From Macrostomum hystrix (lineage: Eukaryota > Animalia > Platyhelminthes), in the NCBI GenBank assembly GCA_950097015.1, contig CATNEN010000001.1, positions 26,598,001-26,662,000 on the forward strand: a stretch of 64,000 nt of DNA. The letters run 5' to 3'. Of this stretch, positions 23,912 to 38,100 are shown piece after piece. The translations under genes were made by a program, and so were the position numbers. The notes under the pieces were generated by a model that was not told the DNA's origin, made no database searches, and worked only from the letters and a program-made list of their open reading frames with translations. Within the stretch, counting starts at the first letter, position 1. Every line of letters starts with the position of its first letter.

Positions 23912-26900
23912 TTAATGAGCCAGCGGCGGTGGGTCGGGCTCGGGGAATTCGCCAATGCTTGCCCAGTAGTAGTTGTACAGGCGGTACGGTTTGATCTCCC
24001 AGTGGATCCGGTGCTCCAGCGGTGTCAGCTGAATGCCCAGATCCGCCAGAGTCGGGTTGCCCGGAGTCAGCAGGTCGGTGACAAACTCGCGCTCGATGCG
24101 GTCCATTGTGTAGGGCGGGCTGACGGGCCGCAAAATCCGGTAAAGCAGCATCTTCATCTTCAGGCCGTAGCTGGCCCCATCGAAGTCTGTGATGCTGAAG
24201 TTTCTCGGATTGAAACGCAGCACCTGATGGATGTAGGTCACCAGGTGGTCCAGTCGGTATCTGCAGAATGGTAAGGCAGCGTTGAGATGCATTTAATGAC
24301 TGAGTGATGGCTTTAGTTAGTACTGTCCTCTCTAAGTACTGTATTCTCTGAGCAACATATCAGTGAAATAAATATTTTTCTTCGTTTTAAAAACAAGTCT
24401 TCTCCTTAAGGTACTTACATAAAGACCTTTTGGAGCACAGTCATAATATTTGAATAGTTATCTTATTTTGAGTATAGGCCTTTAGTTTGAGTACGGTCAT
24501 CTTCTTTGAGCAAGTCATCATCTGTTATTACAGACGTCTTCTTTGAGCACAATTATCTTTTTTGAGCACAATTATCATCTTTGAGCACAATTATCATATT
24601 TGAGCACAATTATCATCTTTGAGCACAATTATCATCTTTGAGCACAATTATAATATTTGAGCACAATTATCATCTTTGAGCACAATTATCATCTTTGAGC
24701 ACAATTATAATATTTGAGCACAATTATCATCTTTGAGCACAATTATCATCTTTGAGCACAATTATCATCTTTGAGCACAATTATCATCTTTGAGCACAAT
24801 TATCATCTTTGAGCACAATTATCATCTTTGAGCAAAATTATAATATTTTAGTACAGTCATATTTTTGAGTATAGTCATCTTTCTGAGTACAGTCATCTTT
24901 TTTAAGTCTTCTGTTTTGTGAAATTCTTACAAAAAGAATTCTTACAAATCGGTTAATATAGTATTATTCCCTGAGTAAAACTATTTTGAGTACGATACCC
25001 GTATTTATTCCTTTAAGTATTTTTTTAAAATGTGCCGCGCTCAGAGTTTTCTTTGAGATCCTTGAACTCACCGATGCGGTCCAACAATGTCGAAAGTTTT
25101 TCCAGCGGATTCCGGATCAACCAGAGCTTTGGCAACGCCATCGCCCACATCGCTGGCAAACACCGGCTGCTTGACGGTGGCCTTGCCCCGCTTGTAGAGC
25201 GGCATGACGCTCCGGCCAGACGGGGTGAAGATCCTGCGGTAGGGCCTGGCGTACAGGGTCAGGAAGTGGTCCAACTGGCCGAACATATCGGCTGGCCGGA
25301 ACACCACAGCCTCCGGGAAGGCTTCGCGAACGGCCAGCTCGCCGTAGAACTTTGAGCGCAGGAACTCGGAGCCGTCAGGCAGGACGTGACCTTCGGGCCG
25401 GGCGCTGGCATTCAACGAGCTGAAGTGGAGAAGCTTCTCAACGCCGCACTCCTTGGCGATGCGAGCGATCCGTTGGGCGCCCTTGACGTGCACATCTTCA
25501 AAGCTGAAATTCCTAGTATCATTGTTCTTACCGATCAGGTTCACCACGACATTGGAGTATTGCATGGCCTTTCTTAAGCTGGTCTCGTCCTCCAGGTGGA
25601 AGGGCAGGAATAAGATCTGGCCGAGATCGCCCATCAGTTTGAGCTCTTTTACATCGTAGGGATCGCCGCGGTAAGGACAAATCACCTGGCAGCCCATCTT
25701 GCCCAGCCTGTTGACAACGTACTTGCCAAAGAAGCCAGAGCAGCCAAACACCGTGGCCACCATGCCGCTGAATGAGCTGCGGCCGCCTTTGCCACGCTTG
25801 TAGTCAGTCAGGCGAGTAGCCGAGCTTGAGCAGCGATGAGGCTGTGGACTCTGCTGGCCCAGTTGCTGCCCTGGGTTCGGACAGACGATTAGTTCAGGAT
25901 TGTTACAGTACAAATTTATAGTGTATAATTTTTACTGGTGATAAAGGCCCAACTGCCAAGTAAAGCTACAGTTTTAGATTGAATTGCTTGTTTGGTTTTG
26001 TTCTCTTACAATGCTAGACAGTAGAAGACGAAGCAATTAATAAGAAAGACTAAAAAAAGTTTAAAATATAGGAAAGCTTTGAAAATTGTAAGAAATAAAT
26101 GAATGGGTTTACTTAAAATGCAAATAAAACAGTAACTACAAGTCAAGAATATATGACCGACCCTAACAACAAACTCAGTTTAAAAAATATGTGGGACAAA
26201 ATGTTTTACCAAGGATTTGCTTGCTACTGTTGAAACTTTTAAAAGTGTGCTCCAAAAAGTGTTTTGAATGCCTCTTGTGATAGAATTTTCAGCTTCAGCA
26301 ATAGGCAAGAATTAAGTGTTTCACCAGATACTAATACAACTGCTTGATATGTCCCAGCAACAAATTGACACATTAGATAAGACATATACTAGTCAAGTAC
26401 TTTTTGGGATGTTACACCATAACCAAGTCCTTTATTTTTCTGGCCATTACCATAAACTACTACTAAGTAAGTTAGAGATAAGAATATTGGAGGCAATAGT
26501 ATAACTACAGTTATAATTACAGTATATAACTACAGTAGTATAACTACAGTTATACTACACTGTCATTATACTACAGTGGTCCTTGAATCTGATTCCCTTC
26601 AAAACTTAAGGCTTTTAAAATTTCAAATTTACTCAGTATAGCAAGATTCAGGAGATATAGTGAACACCGAAAAGTTTTGGTTTTAATTTAACCGGATGAA
26701 CAATCAAACGGCTAATTGTCCGGTTAACCGGACGAATAATCAAACGGCTATTTGTCCGGTTAACCTTTATAATATTGTGATAACTAGGTAAAACAAGCTA
26801 TACTATCTAATCCAAATTGATAATCTAAATTATTTAAATAAAACTGTTTAATTTAAAAAGGTTACTTAAAATGATTGAGGTATTTAACTGGCCTTTGTAA

Positions 26901-27823
26901 ATTTATTTTTCAACTTTTTTTCTTTGTCTAAGTGTATCTGCATACATTTTGTGAAATTTTTAGGTGTTGGTCTACAAGGAGAAGTTCTTGGAATACAAAA
27001 AAATGGAAATTTTTGTTTGCTTGGCATGATCATATTTAGCACACTTAAATTGTAGTTGTAGCATTAACTAGTGAAATTAACAAATCCTGCCTGATGCTGC
27101 AGCTGAAAATATTAAGAGGTATCCAAAAAGGTAGTTGTTTGGTTATTCGTCCAGTTAACCAGTTAACCACCCAAGGACTTAATTTCTCCCCTTTCAATGA
27201 GCAGGAGCAACGATCCTCCCAAAGACCACTCTTGCCCTGCTAATAGCCATCTTGAGTCTTGACCTCACAAAGACCAAACTATACTACTATAGGCCCCTAC
27301 CCTTGAACTAAGTTAGTCCCTGAAACAACCGAATTTCTGGAAAAGGTTTTAATTTTTTTAATTAGCTGATAAGCGAAAATAATTTGAGACACAAACTTCA
27401 AATCTGAATGACTGTCCTTTTGCAGCTTGTTAATTATTTTATCTTACAAATGATAGAGGTTCTCGTGGTAGCGCTACAACCCCTACAACCTCGATTAACC
27501 GGACGAATAATCAAACGGCTATTTGTCCGGTTAACCGGACAAATAACAACTGCCATCCAAAAAACTCATCAAAGCACACTTTGCATGACAATTTGTATGA
27601 AAATAATAATGAACAGAACTAAAAAAATATACGAGGCTGTTCTTTCGTTTTAAATTCAGCTGCTAGCAATCAAATCAAAACGAAATAGGCGTAGGCAAAT
27701 ATGAAATACCAAAAACATACCTGACAAGGTAGAAGATCTAAGAAGAGCCGATGGTAGGGCATATCTATAAACAGAATGTTTTACTGGCAGTAAAGAACTG
27801 CAACATTGTACTTTCCACATCAT
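23912..27823 (-). CDS. NDUFA9: NADH:ubiquinone oxidoreductase 39-kDa subunit; exons 27823-27721, 25870-25072, 24260-23912 (416 aa)
   Basis: KRGKGGRSSFSGMVATVFGCSGFFGKYVVNRL and DLGQILF...SNVVVNLIG signatures. GT-AG junctions are phase-consistent (1 and 2). Exon 1 (MMWKVQCC...LLRSSTLS) resembles a mitochondrial presequence. Confidence 0.93.
24540..24900. repeat. 20-bp minisatellite (TTTGAGCACAATTATCATCT)n in NDUFA9 intron 2
   Basis: Tandem copies decaying at both edges. Confidence 0.93.
26685..27550. repeat. Dispersed TTAACCGGACGAATAATCAAACGGCTATTTGTCCGGTTAACC motif; possible non-autonomous DNA transposon remnant
   Basis: Direct copies at about 26690-26765 and 27495-27545, with an inverted partial copy at about 27138-27170. 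Confidence 0.5.
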
Positions 27824-30800
27824 CTAGCTAGTCTAGCTAATAAATGTAGGTAAATGTAATGATTGAGCTATGATAAATTAATTATTATCAGATCAGACAA
27901 CGGTTAAAGTTAGAAACTAAAAAACGAATTAATTAAAAATATATAAAGCTCAACAGTTGCATAGAATTTGGATAACTATTAGTTGCTTTTTAACCAGTTG
28001 TGTTAAAAAGCTGGTCAAATCAACATCAGCTAGAAGATTTTCGGTTTGACCTGTGATTCTGACCATTAATTTCTAATAAACATTCGAATGTTATTAAATT
28101 TATAATATTCGAATATACTTCGAAGAAGTTAAACATAGAACGCAATTAAGTATTTGCTTGTTGTAAGTAATAAAGCGTTAAAGAATAAATGAAACATTGA
28201 AAATTTATTTTGCTAATTCATTTTTATCATTTTAACTTGTTTTTTGTTTGAACGATTATAACTTTGCTAAGTTTGATTCCTTGTTTACTTACAATTTTCC
28301 CCTACATTCTTTCAGGAGAGGCCTAAGGAATCGTATTTTAGTGATCGTTCGAAGGTATGTTAAGTTCAATAATTTAGAATTAAAACCAGCCTTTTTGCTG
28401 CTCTTGTGGGATACAGTCTTAAGTTAGCTCCATTGTCTGTCTCTGTTTTTACTTTTTCTCCTGTTCACTTCATGATTCGGCTTTTCTTTATATTTATTGC
28501 AGACTCAGTTATGAATTTCGAGACATTTATTTTGCAATAAACTAGGGGCCTATTGTCAAATTTTATTCACATGTCTCTATTATGTCTCTCAAACCAGAAT
28601 TAATAATAGCAGAAACTATTTTCTGCTATTATTCTGCTTTTAAATTCTCAGCTAGCAAATCTTTCAATAGGCATGCAAAAGTTGTATTAGGACCAGTGGC
28701 GCAACAAGGGGGGGCGGGGTGGCGGCCGCCCCCCCTTTGGCCCGTGGGGGCAATGTACGCAAAGGGCAAGCCAAGAAACTTCTTAATTTATTACCTTATC
28801 TCATTCCCTGTCCCCCAAGTCCGCCGTACATAGACTATAGACCAAGTCCAAGACCATTGGTCATATATTAATTTTCAAGCTTTCATTATAATCGTGCGTG
28901 CATTCTGATTTTTTAAACCTTTTAAATTGTCTGGGCCCTACCCTACCGGCCCTTGAAATTGGTCCAGGAATGATAGGCGAAAACTGCGAAACAGAGCACG
29001 CTCCACCTGGTGGCCGTTCCCTTCGACCCGCGGGGCAATGTACGCAAAGGGCAATGTACCCAAAGGGCAATGTACGCAACCAAACAAGAATGTGTATTTT
29101 TTTAACTTCAAACCTAAGCTACAGATTTTCTATTCAAGATATGATGACAAATCAAAAGCCAAGTTATAGAAAACAGTTACATCTTTCTAAAAAGTATCTG
29201 CTTTTGCTATTTTGTCAAATAGAAAAAAGTTTTTCCTGCTTTTTATCTAAAACCAAACAATGATTTTCATGTATCTTCAAACCAAACAGAGAATTTGATG
29301 TTTGGTTTTAAAATTTGAGTGAGTAGTTTAATCTTATTTTAAGGAGTGGACTATCATGAATTATGTCATTTGAAAGCATTTTTCATGCTCTATAAATAAC
29401 GAAATTTATGGTTATTTAATTGGCAAGCAACCACATACAATCTTTGTCTAAAGTACATACTAAAAAAATGTTGTTAAAAAGTATGCTTTTGCAATAAAAC
29501 TTTCTACTGAAACATCAATATCTTTCTTTCCTCTTAATGCTTCATTGCACATCATGCCTCAGCTTGTAGATAATTTCTTCAACTTTCAAATTAGTTGTTC
29601 TGTGAAACACAATAGCTTGCTTCTGTCTTGCACGAGACCAAGGAAGGAGTCAAAATTCTTGTTCAGTTTTGAAGATACACTGTTCGGTTGATGATACATT
29701 ACCCTATTCCGTCTACATCAAATTAAAATTCTTATACATTAAAATACTAATTCAACTTTTTGCCAGACCCCAATTCATCAAAACTGTTTGTCATTAGCTA
29801 GTTAAGTTATTTTTTGGTTACTTTTGTAATAGGGCTTATAACTTTATTTTTCCTATCTCTTAGTAGTGTATTCTTCTGGCCTCTATTATTCCTTCTTCCT
29901 CTCTCTGACTCTTTGTATTATTTGTGTAAAAGCTATACACAGCCTCCTGATGCGCCACACAATAGCTGCCGCTATGCTGTTGGCTGCACATTGGTCGCAA
30001 TTTGGGGCAGGTGTAATAAATTATCATTTTTTAATATAAGTTACATGTAAAAACATTTTAAAAGTAAGCATTTGCTCTTGGCTTTCTGTTTTTAATTTTT
30101 GGTAAAAATGTTTCAATTTTAAACTTGAGTGATATAATATTTAAAAAACATTAACTTACTATAATGCTTGAAAATTTACCAAAAATTTACCAACATTAAC
30201 CAATATTTGTATATTCCTAAAATTTGAATTATTAAAACATAATCATTTATGTAGCTTGCTACCCTAAGCAAATGAAAACTTTGAAATGGTTTTAACTAAG
30301 ACTGTTCAGTAGCTCAGTATAAAGTGAAACTATTTTTTAAGTAATATTCCCTTTTTTACCATGTGGGCTAAAAATGATTTGCTACATTTCAGAACTGCCA
30401 TTACAAACTCAACCTGTTCTGCGCGCTAGATAGTCAAGCTTTCTTCACAATTCTTTAGAAAGAGGCCATGGAGACAAGAACAAAGCCTGCTACAGATGTT
30501 GGCTTGCAAGATTCATCCAATTTGCAAAGTGAGTATGCAGGGCATTGTCTGATTTTGTGAATTATTTGATTATTTTTTAATTATTGGCTTTTTCCAGGAT
30601 CTAATTAATGGCCCTTTTATTTCGTTGTCTTCTTTTTTAAGAGAACCACCACTCCAAAGCTAAACATATAAATAGGTGATGCAACACTGCTCAACTACAT
30701 TATTGCATTTATTTATTCCATTGACATTTTTAATCGTTTTTCAGCGGTTTGTAAAACAAAACATTCTGTTTCTACTTTTCCAAGCATAGTCGTGTAGAGC

Positions 30801-33800
30801 ACGTACTTTCAAACAAAAGCCAAAAAGAATCTAAAGAAAAAAATCTGCTTCAAACACAAGCTCGCTTTCTTGTGCGCAAATGCGCTTTAGTTAAACTAGA
30901 ATCATATTCTGACTGGCAGCTCTGTTTGTCTGTTTGTTTTTTTGTCTTTTTTATAATTCAACACGCGCGCACATCTAATCTACGAGTAATTGATGAGAAG
31001 TGCCTGCTAGAGACAGTAGCGACTTGAATATTACAATTGACAATTTACTAAGTATTTAGGGCCGAAATCGATAGAAATCATTCAGCTAGATCTTTTAGGC
31101 ACTTCTCGTCAAGCTCTAACCAACTTAAGTGTGGACCTGCTGTTATTTTTTGTTTCGTGTTTAAATTAATTTAATTTAATTTAATTTTTTATTCCTCGGA
31201 AAGCTAACTGTTAATTATTCTTATCTGCCTTGAGATTTATTGGTTTGATTACATTTTATTAATCAACTAATATTAGCCTAACAAATATTTTACGCATGGC
31301 TTCATTATATTAGCCACACTATATTTCACATCAGTTTATTTCATCAATATCTTTAATTACCTGCTTCCTTCTATTAATCTCAACTGCCATTTACATATCC
31401 ATTTAATTCCAAGTCACTATTAAATATCTAAAAACTTGGTGACTTGTGCGACTAGTAAACCATTGAAACAATACACGTTATTAGCAGTGGTAGAGTTATC
31501 AGTATTCTATCACATAGTCTTTGTTTTCTGTCTCCATCTGTCTCATACATTCAGGTAGCTTTCAATTCAATTCACTCACCGCATGCTATCCGTTTTATTC
31601 CGTGTAACTGGATGTTCGTTTCCCCACTTATCTTCACCCACTAATTAGTGGCAAAGAACTGAAAAAAAGTTCACTAATAAATGACTAGCGACCATTCAGT
31701 AATCTAGCAGACTTAGCTGTTGATTTTGTGTGCTTTGGTAGTATATAACCGCTTTGCCTCTCCTAGCATGGCCTGATTGTGTTTATGGCTAATCTAAAAC
31801 AAAAAACTGCACACGCATTATAATAGCTGTCTTCCGCACATCGGTGATCAGTTTCTATTAAAATCATTGTTATTTTATACTATTTTATAAATAGTTTAAC
31901 CACTATTGAGACAATAGCTAGCGGCTTATGAGGTTGCCTGGATAGTTTTATCACGAATTGCTCAAATTTAGAGCCTAGCCTAGTTGGGAAGTCGTGGCAC
32001 AGCCGCATATAAACGCTGTGTACAAACTTTTCGATTCTCCGAGGCTCCAGTTTTTTGTGGTGCCCATTATTAGCATCTAGTTTTAGCCTTAGTAGTAGAA
32101 ACATAGAAAAGTATAGTATTTAGAAATCAGTATACTACAATCGTAGGTCTAATAAAAAATTGAACTAAAAAATTCAGAAATAACTTTCCTCGACTCCCTT
32201 CTGCCGCTTCTCCGATTTCAGATACTAAAAAATAGAAATCTGCCTTTTATCTTGTTTGTTTAAATAACTATAGATTTTGTGCTTTCTTTACCATTGGAGA
32301 CAGGAGCAGTAGAATTAGCTATTGTAATCATAATTATTGTTGAATGTTGCTTTATTCAACTGTGTCAACACCTAATTCAATATGCTTATCCTGTTGATCG
32401 GACACTAACTATTAGTTGTTATTTACATAAATTGGTGACTACTAGAGATTTCATAACGAAAACAAACATACAAAACAATAAAAAAGTGACTTCTAATGAT
32501 AAAAATATGTTAGCCCAACTGCTGATTTGCACAATTTCTTTCACTAAAGCTTGCACTCATTGGCTTTCCAATCCTTAGCTTTAATAAATAACAGTTTTGT
32601 TTTCTGTAACTCGCACGTAGCTATTTAGTGCTCACTATAGTGATCTAGCTTGAGTTTTGAGTCTTTTAATCTCCTACCGCTGCTGCATTTAATAATTCAT
32701 GTATCTTCCTTGTTTAATTTCAATGATTAGTCTACCTGGCTTTGGTGGTTAATTGTTGTGCCTTGCGTGTGACTGTGTCCTGGCCGCGTTTCGGAAATTT
32801 GATACTAATTTTGACTGGCAAAATAGTCCTTGAGTCAATGCGATGCCTCTGGTAAGCTGAGTAGAGCAGACTCAGAAGGAACCGCTGCACAGACCAAGCA
32901 ATTAGCTCGGCCTTCACTAAATTGTTATTTACAAATCCATCACAATTGCAGCCAGTCTGTCAGCCAGGCATTGGTAACCAATTACGCCAAAGCAATTGTT
33001 GATCATTAAATTAATGAATAACTTAGTAAACTCAAATCATGTCTGTGCTGCACCTGGCTAAAATAAATATTCGTGCTCTCTGTTATTCTTACAACTATTA
33101 ATCAGTGAATAAGAGCATTTTGACTTTTAATTCCTAACCCAGTTGTGTGCTCTGTCATGATTGCTGCTTACAGCACGCCATAGTCCCATACATATCTATT
33201 TTTTTATTCTGGCTTAGAATACGGCTGTCGAATATTTTTATTTTTACCCTCTTAGTTCCTTCTAGTTAATTTTCTGCTAATTGCAATAACATATCAGCTT
33301 TTCTTTGGTGTCTGATTCTATTCCTGATTCCAGTGAATTGTGGGAGGGTCTGTCACCTGTTCTTCCTAGTCAAACCAGCTAATTTGCATGATTTCTGTCC
33401 CATTCATGATGCTTCAAGCAATGTCCATCACGCTCGATTGTCAACTAGATGTGCACCTGAATGTCGAAATCAACTCTTATCGTTGTGTTCGAGTGAGTTA
33501 CCATGGCAACCGAATCCCCGTAGGTTCTAGAAAAAGAATCGTCGACTGCGACTTTTAGCAGAAAATGTGTATCGCTTCGCGCTATCGATTGACAACTGTT
33601 TGTTACAATTGTAGATTAATAAGAATTGACGCGGCCGAGACGTAAGTAAAATCAATACAACTTGGCTGGTAACTTTCGCAGCTCTAGTGTGACCATAGTA
33701 AGGATTACTGAATCTTCTGTCATCAGCTGTTTATCTAATTAATCATTAGCCAAATTGTTGTGCCACTGCATCCCTAATGCGAGGCTTAACTTCTATTAGG

Positions 33801-35188
33801 ATTTGAGGAGACGGTAATAAGTCTGCCCTCCCTGTCTGTCTGTCTTAAAAAGCCAATAGTTCATTTTCTCTTTGTCTTTCCGGTTCGCGTTTTCATTTTG
33901 TGCGTTAAAACCAAACCGGCTTTCTAATCAAATGATTATTTTTCAAACTTGTTCTCCCTATTTGGCCGCTTGTTGCACTACTTGCTAGCGGGTAGTGTAA
34001 GTAGTGTGTGCAACGATACGGTTCGAGTTGTCGTTTTATTTTTCCAAGTGCTACGGCTCAGATTGTTATTTTTTCTTCATTTTTATCTCTGCAAGCTGCG
34101 TTTAATCATTGGCTTATTCAGTGCCTCAAATGCCAGAGGCACCCCATGTCCCTCCCTATGCATCGTGACCCACCAGGATCTATGTGCTGCTAGTGTTTGC
34201 TTGCTTGCTTGTTTGTTTGTTTTAACTGCACCCGCACAGACAAAAAACAGCGCGAATTTAAATTTATTTATTATGTCCTTGTGTGCGCATTAAATGAATA
34301 TTGTGACAAAATACCAACTAAAATTCAATCTGCACTTCTGCCCACCCTCCGACCCGGTCAGTTTGCTCTTCAGTGGATCCAAGTTGCAACTATAGAAATA
34401 CTTTCGACCAGGCCTTTTATTGCTTAGATAGTCCTTAAAGCACTAAATGATCTGTGCTTAACTCTTCTGCATCATTGCATTCGATACCTAAATTAACATC
34501 TGGCTTGATCAACTCAATATCGCTGCTATTTTAATTGTCCCCAGATTGAGAACACTGGCTTTTGAGCACATTCTGCTCAAATAGCTGTATTCTCCCAACA
34601 TCATAGCCTCTTCCCGTCTATGCCCCGTGTACACAACACTTTTTATAGCCTCTTTGTCGTTCGTTTAACAATTGCTAGATTAATATCTTATAAGATAATT
34701 AATTAATTAATTCTGTTAATTAAATTAATCAGTAATGCTACTTTAGTTGTGTTTTTTCGCAATTTAATTTCCCGATGGCACGGTTTTTTTGTTGTGGTTG
34801 ACGGTGACAAAATGTGGAACACTCAGTTTTTAAACAAGAAGCTCAAACTCTAATCCCGTGTATCTATTTGCCTAGTTACTATATTGCACTCAGACTGAGT
34901 CAGCTCAGGCCAGGTATGCTCGCTCTATCCAATGTCCTGTGGCCTGTGTTGAGACTGCGTGCTTGGGGATTACCGAATTCTCGCATCATTAAACATTTGG
35001 GATATTTTTATAACACTTTCATTAACATTGAACATCTGTTTCCAGCTACTCAATGCCAGGTAACGTATGTCAGGCAGTAACTATGTGCGGGTAGCAACCA
35101 TTTTTCCAGTCGAATGCCGAATCCTAATCTGTCCCTTCACCCTCCCCCCTCTTTCTTTTTCCCGCTCCTGAACGAATCGATGACGCAG

Positions 35189-38100
35189 AGCCAGCAGCCA
35201 AGACCAACAGCGTCCGTGACGAGCCAGCCGATGCCGCAGCTAGACCCGTTGCCAGCCCCGTGTGCGACACTGTTGAACTGCCACCCGAGTAAGTCAACCG
35301 TGTCATTGTACTCAGGGAAATCTGATCATCAGAAGGGCTGTGGCCACTGGCGGCAGTAGATCCACAGCCATTCCGCTGACTTTTGAGCACACACGCACAC
35401 AGGTGTGTACGTCTGCCCTGACTTTCTCATCGTCAGGCAATGTACACTCTCGAAAGCGAAATCGACCTTGGTGCAAGAGGTGCGCGTTAACCGCTCTGCC
35501 ACTCACCCCCACACGCACAGAAACTGTACGCAGACTCACATAGGTGTGTACACGTGCCAACACTTTCTTATCTTCATTCAGTTTAGGCAGTGTAGGTACA
35601 CTCACTGTGCCAATCCTCAAAGCCATCCGCTCGCAATTCACTTCAGCTTCATCGACAAGCCGGCTGGCGAACCGTCCGACAGCGACCGTCGGCAGCAGCT
35701 TCAGCAGCGCATCGACGACTGCCGCCGGCCCTACGCCGTCCTGGCGCGCGACGGCAACAGCGAGATCGACTGGCCGCGCGACCTACTGCGCCTGACACGC
35801 GCCTCGCCGCCGCTGATCTACAGCCGCGCCCGGGCGCCGGCCAGCACCGCGTCGTCGGCTCCGTTAGAGAAGTCGCACAACAAGAAGCAGAAGAAGAATA
35901 AAAAGAGCAAAGCTGCCACTGCGTCAGATAAGAAGGCCAGCAAAGCATCGTCAGGTAGTGGTGCCATGACAACTCGAAGTCGCAGCAGGCAGCAGGTGCA
36001 GCCGGATGAGCAGTCAGCTGAGCAGTTAGTTGAGCACAAGCGGAAGCGGAAGCGCAGCAGAAGCGGCTCGCGCAGTCACAGGGGCGCCGCCGGAGATTCC
36101 AGCCAGTCGCCGGCGAAGGCCAAGCGCAGCCGCAGTCGGACCGATGAAGCCGAGCAGCTGGACGGCAAGAAGCGAAAGAAGGAGGCGTCCTCGACACCAG
36201 CCAAGTCTGGCAAAGACCAGCAGCCGGCTGCGAGCAAGAACAAGAAGAAAAAGAAAAAGAAGAACGAGGGCAAGCAGAAGAAAAAGCAGTCGGCTACTTC
36301 GGCAGGCAAGACGGCCGCTGTGCGAGTCAATCCCGGCGAGTGGGAGCAAGACGAAGAGGATGATGAAGACGAAGACGCAGAAGAAGATGAGTCCGATCTG
36401 CTAGGGACTGCGGGCGGAGCTTCCGGCCTCGACTTGGCCAGCATTCCGCGCCCGTCCGACAGTCCGGCTCCGCTGCTGTCCGAGGTGCCAATGCCCAGCG
36501 GCGAGGGCCCCGCTAGGCCAGCCGCCTCTGCTGCCGATGTCAGCCTGACGGAGATCCCGATGCCAGCCTCCGTGCCGACCCCGCTTGTTGACATTCCGGT
36601 GCCGCAGGCACCTCCACCGGACATTCCACTGCCTCGGGAAGAGCGGCCGCCTCTGCCGCAGGAGTCCAAGGTGGCACAGGCGCCAACAGTGCAGCCACAT
36701 CAGCCTCCGAAAGCTTCGAGTAATTCAACTTCGACTCCAGCCTCGCAGCCAATGATGATGGTCGTGGCAGCTGGCAAAGCTACCCAGGCCAAGCTGCTGC
36801 CTCTGTCTGTTTCCGTGTCCACGGCTGCTGCTGCAGCTGCCGCTGCTGCCGCCGCAGCGGCGTCATCTGCCTCTGCGGGTGGTGGCTTCGAAGTTGTCAC
36901 CAATGCATTCGGCAAGTTTGGACCAAAAAAGGAGCCAACATCGCAGCCGCAGCAGCAGCAGCAGCATGATGCTCCATCAACGGCCAGCCAGCAGTCCACA
37001 GTCAAAGCCGAACCTTCTGTCGGTGGCGTTCTTGGAGGCGGTTTGGTCGACTACAAAGACTCTGATCACGAGGATCGAGAGGACGAAAGTTCCAGCCGAT
37101 CGCCGAAGCCAAAGCGGGTCAAGGGAACCGAAAAGAGCACATGGGATACCTCGGATGAAGATGAGGATGATGCTGGAACTGCTGGAGCTGCAGCCCCGGC
37201 TGCTGAGAATCAGGCGCAGCAGGACTCAGCCAGCAAGGCTGTCCCAGCCTCCAACACTGCGACATCCAGCACAGCAGCAGCTCCTGCAAGCGGTAACAAT
37301 GGTAGCAATGGCAAAAATGTCAGCTCAAACGCGACGACGACCACTCAACAGCAGCAGCGCAGGTCAAGGTCTCGGGGCGGAGGCGGCGGCACACGTCGTC
37401 GATCTTCGCGCTCCCCGCGTGGCGGCGGCGGTGGCGGTGGTCGCAGGCGCGGCCGCTATTCAACATCGAGGTCGCGCTCCCGATCCCGATCTAGCCGGTC
37501 CAGATCCCGCTCGAGGTCCCTGTCAAGCCGGAGCCGAAGCCGCAGTCGGTCCTATTCGTCCCGCTCGTACAGCACGTCGACTTATTCGCGTTCGTATTCG
37601 TCCGGCTCGTCCTATTCCTCCTACAGCGACGACAGCCGCGGCCGCTCTTACAGTCGGTCTCGGTCGAGGACTCGCTCGCGTTCACGCGGCCGCAGCAGCC
37701 ACCGCAGATCGTCTGGCGGCGGTGGGCAGTACCGCAGCTCGAGGCGGAGGCGCACTCCTAGGCATCACGGCGGCGGCGGAAGCGGTCGTGGTGGTGGTCC
37801 TAGCAGCGCCGTGGCGCGTTCATCAGGCAAATCAAGCGCCACTGCTTCATCCTACAAGTCACGCCCACCTCCTGCTGCCAAGCCGCGCCAGCAGCAGCAG
37901 CAAAAGAAAAAGGGCCAGCAGCAGCAGGGTGGAGGTCGCGGTAGCGGTGGAGCCGATAAGGGCAGAGAGCAGCCAGTGTTCGGTCCACACCTGCCGGGCG
38001 GAAACGGCGGAGGCGGCGTCGGGCGACAGGGCGGAGGCCGTCACGGTGGCGGTGACTGGCGCTCGTCCCAGGATCACCAGAGCAAGTCTGGCAAGGGCCA

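Noticed and set aside
35405-35646. N-terminus of the 1276-aa ORF
   Set aside because: It is intronic SINE sequence; the exon most likely starts at the CTTCAG acceptor (35647).
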